A stretch of 64,000 nucleotides of DNA from Candidatus Eiseniibacteriota bacterium. GTDB lineage: Bacteria > Eisenbacteria > RBG-16-71-46. The notes beneath the pieces were generated by a model that did not search any database, was not told the origin of the DNA, and worked only from the letters and a program-made list of their open reading frames with translations. The position numbers and the translations under genes were made by a program. Within the stretch, counting starts at the first letter, position 1. Every line of letters begins with the position of its first letter. Shown one piece after another: positions 53,200 through 61,702 of the stretch. Location of the stretch: positions 1,088,001 through 1,152,000 of the forward strand of contig CAVZLN010000003.1 of the NCBI GenBank assembly GCA_963776245.1. Reading direction: 5' to 3'.

Positions 53200-54273
53200 T
53201 CACGCTCCCGCGCCGAGCCCTCCCAGCTGCCCGCAGGCCGCCCAGATCTCCCCGCCGAGGGTGTTGCGGACCATCACCGCCGGCGCCCGCGGGAACAGGC
53301 TGCGCGCGAATGCTTCCACCGCCTCGGGGCTGGGGCGTTCCCACGCCAGCCCCGGTACCGGGTTGTAGGGGATGAGGTTGATCTTGCTGGGCAGCTCGCG
53401 GGCGAAGCGGGCGAGCCGCTCGGCGTCCTCCTCGCGGTCGTTCACCCCGGCGATGAGCGTGTACTCGAGCGTCACGCGGCGCCCGCTCGCCGCGCCGTAG
53501 GCCTTCGCGGCCCCCAGCACCTCGGCCAGCGGCCACCGGCGATTGACCGGCATGAGTCGGGTGCGCAGTTCGTCGGTGGTGGCGTGGAGCGAGACCGCCA
53601 GACCGAGCGCCAGGCCCTCTCCCGCCAGGTCCCGCATCGGTGGCACCAGCCCACTGGTGGACACCGTGATACGACGGGCGCCCACGTTGAGGCCTCGCCG
53701 GTCATTCAGGATGCGGATCGCGTCCATCACGCCCCGGTAGTTGTGGAGGGGCTCCCCCATGCCCATGAACACCAGGTTGTAGCGCTCGTCCTGCCAGCCG
53801 TGGTGGTCTCCCATCGCGATCACCTGGGCCACGATCTCGGCCGGACGCAGGTGGCGTTTGAGTCCCATCAGCCCCGTCGCGCAGAAGGCGCACTTGAGCG
53901 CGCACCCGACCTGGGAGGAGAGGCAGAAGGTCAGCCGATGCTCGGCCCGCATGGACACGCACTCCACGCGCGCGCCGTCGTCGAGCGCCAGCACGAACTT
54001 GCGGGTCAGTCCGTCGCGGGTGCGGTGCACCGACTCGATCGATGGACTCCGGATCTCGCACACCTCGCCCAGCCGACCCCGCAGGGCCACGGGCAGATCC
54101 GTCATCCCGCTCGCCTCTCGCAGGCGCTTGCCGTAGATCCAGCCGTAGATCTGAACGGCCCGATAGGCGGGTATGCCGCGCTCCACCAGCCGGGCCGCGA
54201 GCTCCACGCGGCTGAGTCCGTAGAAGCTCGGGGTGGCCGGCATCTCGGCCGAAGGGAGGGGCGCGCTCGACAT
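53200..54273 (-). CDS. rlmN: 23S rRNA m2A2503 methyltransferase RlmN
   Basis: CLSSQVGCALKCAFCATG, FMGMGEPL, INLIPYNP, AACGQL. Confidence 0.95.
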   Translation of the reverse strand: MSSAPLPSAEMPATPSFYGLSRVELAARLVERGIPAYRAVQIYGWIYGKRLREASGMTDLPVALRGRLGEVCEIRSPSIESVHRTRDGLTRKFVLALDDGARVECVSMRAEHRLTFCLSSQVGCALKCAFCATGLMGLKRHLRPAEIVAQVIAMGDHHGWQDERYNLVFMGMGEPLHNYRGVMDAIRILNDRRGLNVGARRITVSTSGLVPPMRDLAGEGLALGLAVSLHATTDELRTRLMPVNRRWPLAEVLGAAKAYGAASGRRVTLEYTLIAGVNDREEDAERLARFARELPSKINLIPYNPVPGLAWERPSPEAVEAFARSLFPRAPAVMVRNTLGGEIWAACGQLGGLGAGA

Positions 54274-54364
54274 GGGTCCTCGCGGACTTGGGTGTGGGAT
54301 GCGCGGAGGCTAACAGCCTGCGGCATTGCGGTCAACGCACGGAAATGGTATGCATGAATGTGCA

Positions 54365-54944
54365 ATGAACGATATCTCCAACCGTGATCGAGGGCTTCTC
54401 GCCTGCCTGGGTGACGCCTCGCGCTATCGCATCGTCGCCGCGCTGGCGGGGGGCGCACGTTGCGTGACCGAGCTCGCGCGCGAAGTGACGCTTTCGCAAT
54501 CGTGCACCACCCGCCACCTCCAGGCGATGCGGCGCGCCGGCCTGGTGCGCGGCGAGCGACAGGGCAAGCGCGTGATGTTCCAACTGCGCGAGGAGGATCC
54601 ACGCGTGGGGGGCCTGCTAGAATGGATGATCAGCGGTGAGGGCCGCGAGTGGGGCTGGGTGTCAGCCCGAGTGAGCGCAGAGCCTCGCGAGCGCATTCCT
54701 GAACCGGGCTCGACGCCCCCCGCGGTCCGGCGTCAGAAGCTCGGATCCAACGCGCCCCTCATCCGCCCCGCCCCGGCGCGGGGCACCGCGACCCGCCCCG
54801 CGCGAGCGGGGTCCCGGATCGGCCCCAGGGGCAGGAGCCGAGGATGGCGCGGAGCCCGAACTCGAGCCGCAGGAAGGTCTTCCGGAAGCTCACGCTCCCG
54901 GCCCGGTGTACCGCTCGCAGGAACTCGAGGACTACCTGCTGTGA
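54365..54944 (+). CDS. ArsR/SmtB family regulator with low-complexity tail (apparent +1 frameshift)
   Basis: LGDASRYRIV, CVTELA, SQSCTTRHL, GLVRGERQGKRV; the +1 frame ends ...RSQELEDYLL-TGA overlapping the ppx GTG. Confidence 0.7.
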
Positions 54945-55933
54945 GCGCCTCTATAACTATGCGCGTAGCTGCAATTGATATCGGTTCGAATTCGGTGCGC
55001 CTCCTGGTCGCGGACATCGCGGTCGAGAACGGCCGGCCTGGCGCTCTCGCCACTGTGGCGCGTGCTGGCGAGGCCTGTCGCCTGGCGCGCGGGCTCGATC
55101 GGTCCGGGCTCGTGGACGCCGAGATGGCGGCGCGCGCGGCGCTGGTGGTGCAGGAGTTCGCCCGCCGCGCTACGGCGCTGGGGGCGGTGCGGCTGGTCGT
55201 CGGGGCGACCGCGGCCCTGCGCGCGGCCACCAATGGCGCCGAGGTGGCGCGCGCCATCGCGGAGCGAGCCAGCGTCGAGGTACGGATCCTGAGCGGCGCG
55301 GACGAGGCCCGGCTGGTCTATCGCTCGGTCGTGCTGGGGCTCGGTTCCATCGCGCTCGAGCACCCATGCGTCGTGTTCGACCTCGGAGGGGGCAGCACCG
55401 AGGTGGTGAGCGGGTTCGGCGACCGCCCCGGCCGCTGGACCAGCCTGCCGTTCGGTGCCGTCAGCCTGACCGAGAGGCACCTCCACTCGGGCGGCTCGAG
55501 TGTATCGAATGGCAACGACATGGAGGATCTCAAGACCCGCGTGCGGGAGGAAGTCATGCGCGTTTGTGCATATATGCCCGAGCGCGCGTCGCTGTTCGCG
55601 GGGGTAGGAGGCACGGTCACAGTGCTCGCCTCCATGGACCGTGGGCTCGACACGTACGACCCCACTCGGATCGAGGGATGGAGCATCCTGCAGCCACGAC
55701 TGGACATGCTCATCGAGCGCATCATCCGCTCCTCGCACAGCGAGCGTGCGGAGTGGCCGGTGATGGGGGAGGGGCGCGCCGACATCGTGGCAGCTGGGGC
55801 GCTCGTGGTCAGCGTTCTGGCGGAGCGTTTCCCCTCGCAGGGGCTGGTCTGTTCCACTCAGGGGCTGCGCTACGGGCTGGCCCGCCTGGCCGCGGAAGAG
55901 GCCGCCGGTGGTGGGAGCGGTCGACCGGCTTGA
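54941..55933 (+). CDS. Ppx/GppA exopolyphosphatase family
   Basis: AAIDIGSNSVRL, ATAALR, LSGADEARL, DLGGGSTE, GRADIV, GLRYG. Confidence 0.92.
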   Translation: MSASITMRVAAIDIGSNSVRLLVADIAVENGRPGALATVARAGEACRLARGLDRSGLVDAEMAARAALVVQEFARRATALGAVRLVVGATAALRAATNGAEVARAIAERASVEVRILSGADEARLVYRSVVLGLGSIALEHPCVVFDLGGGSTEVVSGFGDRPGRWTSLPFGAVSLTERHLHSGGSSVSNGNDMEDLKTRVREEVMRVCAYMPERASLFAGVGGTVTVLASMDRGLDTYDPTRIEGWSILQPRLDMLIERIIRSSHSERAEWPVMGEGRADIVAAGALVVSVLAERFPSQGLVCSTQGLRYGLARLAAEEAAGGGSGRPA

Positions 55934-56266
55934 GAGCTCCGCGTGAAAGCGTCACGAGCCGCCCGCGGGGGCGTGCGCCCTCCGCGGGGCCGCGTTCTCT
56001 CCCCGGTCGTTCGCCGCTCCCGACCCGGGATCCGCGACCTGGGCCGCCCGCGGTCCGGTTCCGCGGACCAGTCAGGGCAGGAACGCCGCACAATCTTGGT
56101 CCCTGGTCCAGTTCTTCGTTGACCTTGCGAGGAGGCGGGCCGGATACTCTCCCCAGCGAAGAGTTGGGTCCCCTCAAGTCCTTTTCGAGCCTCAAAGAGA
56201 TTTCCTCCGGTCTCTCGGGTTGTTCGTTCCACACCATCGCCAGTGTCATGGCGGGAGCGGCAGCAC

Positions 56267-56593
56267 ATGACGAGATTCCGCAACAGGCTCCTGATCACGC
56301 TGGCCCTGTTCGCCGTGGCTTCGGTCGCGGTGGTCGCGACGGCTTCCGCCGTGGAGCGCTGGTCCGATGGGACCGGTGCGCCGACAGGGACCATCGGTGA
56401 CTACCAGAGGCCAGGGGTCGGACCCTGCTCCGGCGAACCCGACATCGGAGCCTCTCCGGGCACTGCACCGCAGAAGCAGGTGGGCACGAAGTCCGCTTCG
56501 CCTCCTCTGATGGAGCAGCTCCGAAGAGGGCATGATCTGATGCGGCGGGCCGGTCGGATCTGGGCGCCGTGGTTCCCGGTCTACTGGCGCTGA
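56267..56593 (+). CDS. Small secreted protein (108 aa), candidate signalling pro-peptide
   Basis: GGGAG RBS; Sec signal MTRFRNRLLITLALFAVASVAVVATASA; central SGEPDIG; C-terminal IWAPWFPVYWR. Confidence 0.7.
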   Translation: MTRFRNRLLITLALFAVASVAVVATASAVERWSDGTGAPTGTIGDYQRPGVGPCSGEPDIGASPGTAPQKQVGTKSASPPLMEQLRRGHDLMRRAGRIWAPWFPVYWR

Positions 56594-56676
56594 CGGCGCA
56601 TCCTGCGCCCAGCACCCGAGGTCGGGACAGGTAGAGCGTAGGCGACCCGAGCGCGAACCGTCGGACGCCGGGCCGG

Positions 56677-59600
56677 ATGTCAACGGACGAGGGTCCAACA
56701 GTGCAGCGAGCGATCCCCCCCGATCAGTCGCATGCGCATGCCTCCGCGCAGCAGGATGCGCTGCAGCATGAGGCGATCGGAGATCTGCATCTGGCCGCCG
56801 ACAACTTTCCCGGCGCGGTCGAAGCCTACTCCGCCGCGCTGAAGGAAGTCGGGCCGCATGCGCCGGCCGAGCGCTGCCGGCTGCTGGAGCGGCTCGCGAT
56901 GGCGCACGACCGCCGCGGCGAGTACGACTCCGCCCTGGCCTTGCTCCGCGAGGCCCGCCAGACCGCCCGACTCCTGCAGGATCCCCATCTGAACGCCCGC
57001 ATCGCGGCGCGGCTTTCCCACTCCCTGCTCGAGCAGGGGCGCTATCGCTCCTCCCGCCGGTACGGCAGGTACGCCTTCACGGTGTTGCGCGACACCGATG
57101 ACCACCGCACGGTCGGCCTCGTGAGCGTGACGCTCGGACTGTGCTGCGCCCGCAGCGGGCGGCCTGCCGAGGCCATCGAGTGGTTGCAGAGCGCGGTCGC
57201 GACCTTCCGGCGCATCGGTGACACCGATGGGCTGGTCGCGGCGCTCAACAACCTCGGCCTGGTGCACAAGAACCTGCGCGAGTGGCGCGAGGCGACGCGG
57301 TTCCTCGAGGAGGCGCTGCGCCTCGATGAGCGGGCCGGGCTCTACGCCCGCATGCTCGGCCACAGCCAGAATCTCGGCCTCATCCGCTATCGCCTCGGGC
57401 AGTGGGACCTCGCGGAGGAGAACTTCCACCAGGCGCAGCGCATCGCGGTGCAGATCGGGCATCGGCAGTCCGAAGCCGCCACTCTGCTGGCGATCGGCAT
57501 GCTCGCCCGCCGCCGGCGCCAGTTCGAACGCGCCGAGGAGCACTTCCGGCGCGCCGACGCGCTCGCGTCACAGTCCGGCGCGCAGCGCGAGCGGTTGCTG
57601 GCCCAGGAGTACCTCGGCGAACTCGAACTCGACCGGGGCAATGCGACCGCGGCGATCGCGTTCTTCGAGCCGGCCCTCGAGGATGCACGCAGCCGCGCCC
57701 CGGTGGGCGACATGACCGCCGAACTGGAGACGCGTTACGGTCTCGCGCTGATCGAGGTCGGACGGCCCGACGACGCACAGAGCCACCTGCTGCGCGGGCT
57801 GGCCCTGGCCGAGCAGATCGGCGACCGCATCGAAGCGGCGATCGCCGAGCGCGGGCTGGGCCGGCTCGAGGGGACCCGCGGCAATGCCGCGACCCTCGAG
57901 GCGCACATGCGCGCGGCCGCCCAGGCGTTCGAGAACCTCAATGAGGTGTTCGAGCTCGCGGCCACGCTGGCGGCCTGGGGTGAAGGCCTGCTGCTGCTCC
58001 CGGCCAGCGCCCGACTGCGGGTGCCGCTCGAGCCGGTCGCCGAAGCCGCTCGCCGCGCGGCCACGCTCTACCGCCAACTCGGGCTCATCGCACCAGCGGC
58101 CGAGGCCATGCTCACTCTGGCGCGCCTCGAGTCCGAGCGCGAACATTACGACCAGGCGCTCTCGCTCCTCGAGCTGGCCGAGCAATGGCTGGCCGAGGGC
58201 GGTGACGCCGAGGCCGAGGATCGAGCGGGGGCGCTGCGACGCGAGCTCGAGCGCCAGTACGTCGCGGTGTCCCTGTCCACCTGCAACGAGTTCCGGGCGC
58301 TCGAGGATGCCAACCGGCTGTTCCGCGAGACCGCGGACATGGACGGCGTGCTCGCGCAGACGGTCAAGCTGGCGGTCGAGAACGCGGGCGGCGACCGCGG
58401 GTTCGTGGCGTTCAGCGCCGGAGGCGGGCGGCTCGACATCGTGGCCCAGCATGGCCTCGGACGCGAACGCGCGCGCCGCATCCTGCGTGTCATCGAGCGA
58501 GTCGTCGGCAGCCGCATCGCCGAGAGCGGGCCGCTGTTCTCGAGCCGTGTCGCCGCCGATCCGCGCTTCGCGGTGGCCCTGGTCGACGCCCTCGAGGGCG
58601 TCGGCTCGCTCGTGTGCGTCCCGCTCAATTTCCCCTCCCAGTCGGTCGGGCTGGTCTACGTGGACCGGCTCAACGACAACCTGCTGGGCGCGTTCAAGCA
58701 GCGCGAGCTGAACCTGCTCGCGGTGCTCGTCAACAGCTCTGCGGTCGCCATCGTGGAGGCCCAGCGGTCGCTGCTGCTCGAAGAGAACCGCCAGCTCCGC
58801 GACCAGCTCAAGCCCAGCCCGGGCTCGGAGCGCGTGGTCACGCAGTCGCGCGAGATGGCGAGCATCATGACGCTGCTCGCGAAGGTCGGGGACTCGCCGG
58901 CCACCGTCCTGTTCATGGGCGAGACCGGCACCGGGAAGGGCCTGCTCGCGCAGGTCGTCCACGAGATGTCGAACCGGCGCGACCACGCGTTCGTGCAGGT
59001 GAACTGCGCGGCGCTGCCCGAAGCGCTGCTCGAGAGCGAGCTGTTCGGCTACGTCCACGGCGCCTTCACCGGCGCGCTGCGGGACAAGACCGGGCTCTTC
59101 GAGGAGGCCGAGGGCGGCACGATCTTCCTCGACGAGATCGAGAAGATCCCCGAGTCGGTGCAGGCCAAGCTGCTCCACGTGCTCGACCGCAGCGAGATCC
59201 GGCCGGTCGGCGCCACGCGCGGCAAGCGTGTCGATGCGCGCGTCATCTGCGCCACCGGCGTGGACCTGCGCGAACGCATCCGCGAAGGGCGGTTCCTCGA
59301 GGACCTCTACTACCGCCTCAACGACATCACCGTGCGGGTGCCGGCGCTGCGCGAGCGGCGCGAGGACGTGCCCATGCTGGCCCAGCACTTCCTGGCGCAG
59401 TACGCGCGCCAGATGGACAAGACGCTGCGCGGCTTCTCGCCCGAAGTGGTCCGGACATTCCTCGACCACGAGTGGCGCGGCAACGTGCGGGAACTCGAGA
59501 AGACGGTGAAGCGCATGGTCGTGCTGGCCGACGAGGGTGACACCCTCGGGCTCGACCTGCTGCCCCCCGAGATGCGCGAGCGGGCGACCGCGGACCAGCC

Positions 59601-59796
59601 CGCCGAGTCCCCTGGGAACGGCTCCCCCACGCTGCGGTCCAGCGTCTCGCAGCTCGAACGGCGTCTGATCGCCGAGTCCCTCGAGCGCCACCGCTGGAAC
59701 CGGGCGAAGGTGGCGCGCGAGCTGGGCCTGTCCTACCCGACGCTCCTCATGCGCATCCGCACGATGCGGATCGAGCGCAGGCGCGCTTCACAGTAA
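56677..59796 (+). CDS. TPR-GAF-AAA+-HTH sigma54 enhancer-binding protein
   Basis: About 520 aa of TPRs (ALNNLGLVH, SQNLGLIRY), GAF (SLVCVPL..VGLVYVD), GETGTGKG, HGAFTGA, WRGNVREL, C-terminal HTH; no REC domain. Confidence 0.93.
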   Translation: MSTDEGPTVQRAIPPDQSHAHASAQQDALQHEAIGDLHLAADNFPGAVEAYSAALKEVGPHAPAERCRLLERLAMAHDRRGEYDSALALLREARQTARLLQDPHLNARIAARLSHSLLEQGRYRSSRRYGRYAFTVLRDTDDHRTVGLVSVTLGLCCARSGRPAEAIEWLQSAVATFRRIGDTDGLVAALNNLGLVHKNLREWREATRFLEEALRLDERAGLYARMLGHSQNLGLIRYRLGQWDLAEENFHQAQRIAVQIGHRQSEAATLLAIGMLARRRRQFERAEEHFRRADALASQSGAQRERLLAQEYLGELELDRGNATAAIAFFEPALEDARSRAPVGDMTAELETRYGLALIEVGRPDDAQSHLLRGLALAEQIGDRIEAAIAERGLGRLEGTRGNAATLEAHMRAAAQAFENLNEVFELAATLAAWGEGLLLLPASARLRVPLEPVAEAARRAATLYRQLGLIAPAAEAMLTLARLESEREHYDQALSLLELAEQWLAEGGDAEAEDRAGALRRELERQYVAVSLSTCNEFRALEDANRLFRETADMDGVLAQTVKLAVENAGGDRGFVAFSAGGGRLDIVAQHGLGRERARRILRVIERVVGSRIAESGPLFSSRVAADPRFAVALVDALEGVGSLVCVPLNFPSQSVGLVYVDRLNDNLLGAFKQRELNLLAVLVNSSAVAIVEAQRSLLLEENRQLRDQLKPSPGSERVVTQSREMASIMTLLAKVGDSPATVLFMGETGTGKGLLAQVVHEMSNRRDHAFVQVNCAALPEALLESELFGYVHGAFTGALRDKTGLFEEAEGGTIFLDEIEKIPESVQAKLLHVLDRSEIRPVGATRGKRVDARVICATGVDLRERIREGRFLEDLYYRLNDITVRVPALRERREDVPMLAQHFLAQYARQMDKTLRGFSPEVVRTFLDHEWRGNVRELEKTVKRMVVLADEGDTLGLDLLPPEMRERATADQPAESPGNGSPTLRSSVSQLERRLIAESLERHRWNRAKVARELGLSYPTLLMRIRTMRIERRRASQ

Positions 59797-59942
59797 GAAC
59801 GCCTCACACACCCCTCTAAAACTTCCTTCCACCTGCACTCGTTATTTCCCATGTGGTTACGCATGGGGTCTCCGAATCACTACATTCCATTGCGAGCGCT
59901 TGTCATCCTCGGGGCGGAGTGGCGCCTGTCACTCGTTGTGCT

Positions 59943-59958
59943 GCGCTCGTACGAGCGC
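59943..59958. promoter_or_regulatory. Perfect 16-bp palindrome, candidate enhancer (UAS)
   Basis: GCGCTCGTACGAGCGC centred about 80 bp upstream of the predicted sigma54 start site. Confidence 0.4.
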
Positions 59959-60005
59959 GTTACCCCGCAATGTCTTGGAAGATAATCCAGCGATACGCAC
60001 TCAGG

Positions 60006-60021
60006 TGGCATGCGGGGTGCA
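60006..60021 (+). promoter_or_regulatory. Putative sigma54 promoter 1
   Basis: TGGCATGCGGGGTGCA; GG(60007-8)-N10-GC(60019-20). Confidence 0.6.
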
Positions 60022-60031
60022 GTGTCGTATC

Positions 60032-60374
60032 GATCGGAGGGGGGGGACCTCCAACCTAGCAACCGGCGGCTTCGGCCGCCGGAGCAGAATCTGGGCTAGC
60101 CGGTGCAGTAGGGGGTCCGGTCGAGGGTACGAGCCCCAGTCACACGACAGCGCACCGTCCCCTACGACCGGCTAGCTTGGAGTAGCAGCTTCACCGACTC
60201 GAGCTCCACAGGTCGGCGGCGATCGATCGCACCAGGGCTGGTGGACGCCGTCGGCTTTCTGTATCCAGCCACCTGAGCAAGCTTCTCGGGACACCGGACT
60301 CGCTCGCGACGGACCCTCGCATCGGGGGATGGGAGGCGTTCCGACGCGGTGCTGGAGGCCGGTGTCCCCCTTTT
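60032..60374 (+). ncRNA. Candidate structured non-coding RNA (about 340 nt), family unrecognised
   Basis: Successive stems: 60063-60082 (8 bp, UUCG loop); 60095-60104/60167-60176 plus 60108-60114/60159-60165; 60236-41/60265-70; 60288-60297/60359-60368 followed by CCTTTT; no credible ORF. Confidence 0.5.
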
Positions 60375-60574
60375 GGGCCGGAAGGCCACCAAGGTGGCAG
60401 AGCCCCCGACCCCCTGCCTCGTGATGCTCCGGGCCGTGGATGTGGCAGGGCTCGCACAGGTGCGACAGATCAGCACGGCCGCGCCGCCCGGGCGCGCCCC
60501 GAGTGGCCCTCCCGAACCCTTGATCGCCAATGCCTTGCGCCCGCGCAGCCACTGCGGGACCCTCCCTTCGCGGC

Positions 60575-60589
60575 TGGCACATCGCTTGC
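60575..60589 (+). promoter_or_regulatory. sigma54 promoter 2 (consensus)
   Basis: TGGCAC-ATCGC-TTGC, exact TGGCAC-N5-TTGC, 54 nt before the 60644 start. Confidence 0.8.
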
Positions 60590-60643
60590 GCTGGATACCT
60601 TGTCGATCCATCGCCGATCCACCGCTCGAAATGGAGGATCCTC

Positions 60644-61525
60644 ATGAGGCTCGTGCTTCCCCTGATCGCGCTGGCCTTTCTGCTCGCCGGCTGTGATGAG
60701 ACCACCGCGCCACGCGACCTGCGCCCTCCGGCGGCGCCGCGCGGCTTCCAGAGCATCACCGGCGACCACGAGGTGCTCCTCGATTGGCTTCCCAACACCG
60801 AGGCCGACCTGGCGGGCTACCGCGTGTACATCGCGGATTGCGCTTCGGGCACCAGTTGTCCGTACACCCTCGTCGGCACCACCGCGCGCACGACCTTCGT
60901 GGTGGGCAACCTCGCGAACGGCGTCACGAAGTACTTCGCGATCGCGGCCTTCGATCACTCGGGGAACGAGAGCGCCCTGACCTACGCAGACGTCTTCGAC
61001 ACGCCGCGCCCGGCGGGCTCGCTCGGGCTCCTGAGCGAGCAGGTCAATCCCGCGCGCAGCGGCTGGGACCTGTCGGCGTTCGCAGTGGTGCCCGCGAGCA
61101 GCCCCAACGTGGACCTCATCTTCAGCGACGACAGTACGACCTACGAGATGTACGCGCCCTACACCGACACCGACATCCAGGACGCGGGCTTCGCGACATC
61201 CCTGGACGCGGTGGACTTCGCGCCCACCGGCGGCTGGTCGCTCACGGGCGCGGTGGAGTTGGTGCCGGGGCACTGCTACGTGGTCTGGACGCGCGACGAC
61301 CACTACGCCAAGTTCCGTGTCACCGGACTGAGCACGGGCCAGTTGTCGCTCGACTGGGCCTACCAGACCGCCACCGGGAATCGCGAGCTGAAGGCCAAGC
61401 GTCCACCGGCCGACGGAGACCGGGTGAGACGCGACCGCCGGTGGCGGCCCGGTGACGGCGCGCGGCCGGCGCCGCACCCCGTGGGGCGCCGACCGCGCAT
61501 TGCTGATATCATGGGACCGGCTTAG
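60644..61525 (+). CDS. Lipoprotein with FN3-like domain
   Basis: GGAGGA RBS; lipobox LLAGC; PPAAPRG...WLPNTEADLAGYRVY...AFDHSGNES. Confidence 0.8.
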   Translation: MRLVLPLIALAFLLAGCDETTAPRDLRPPAAPRGFQSITGDHEVLLDWLPNTEADLAGYRVYIADCASGTSCPYTLVGTTARTTFVVGNLANGVTKYFAIAAFDHSGNESALTYADVFDTPRPAGSLGLLSEQVNPARSGWDLSAFAVVPASSPNVDLIFSDDSTTYEMYAPYTDTDIQDAGFATSLDAVDFAPTGGWSLTGAVELVPGHCYVVWTRDDHYAKFRVTGLSTGQLSLDWAYQTATGNRELKAKRPPADGDRVRRDRRWRPGDGARPAPHPVGRRPRIADIMGPA

Positions 61526-61702
61526 GCAGGGTGACCGAGGCCGGCAGCGGGGCCAGAAGGGCGTCGCGCAGCCCGCATCGCTGCCCGACGCTCCCCATCG
61601 GAACGCTTGTGGAGCACACCAGGGCATCGCGGGGTAGGACCGATCGCCGCGCCGGTCGCGGCACCTGACCATCCCGCCCCTGCCCGGGGAAGGAGTCCGG
61701 CC

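Noticed and set aside
56119..56150. TTGACC-N18-GATACT promoter for the small secreted ORF
   Set aside because: Plausible but the -10 is weak and the register ambiguous, so it is not listed as a feature.
60376..60395. CCGGAAGG resembling SRP RNA helix 8
   Set aside because: The flanking CAGG and AGCAG of the SRP internal loop are absent.
60032..60450. tmRNA, RNase P or CsrB identity for the structured region
   Set aside because: No tRNA-like ends or tag ORF, no GAGGAAAGTCC on either strand, and the GGA triplets are mostly in stems rather than loops.
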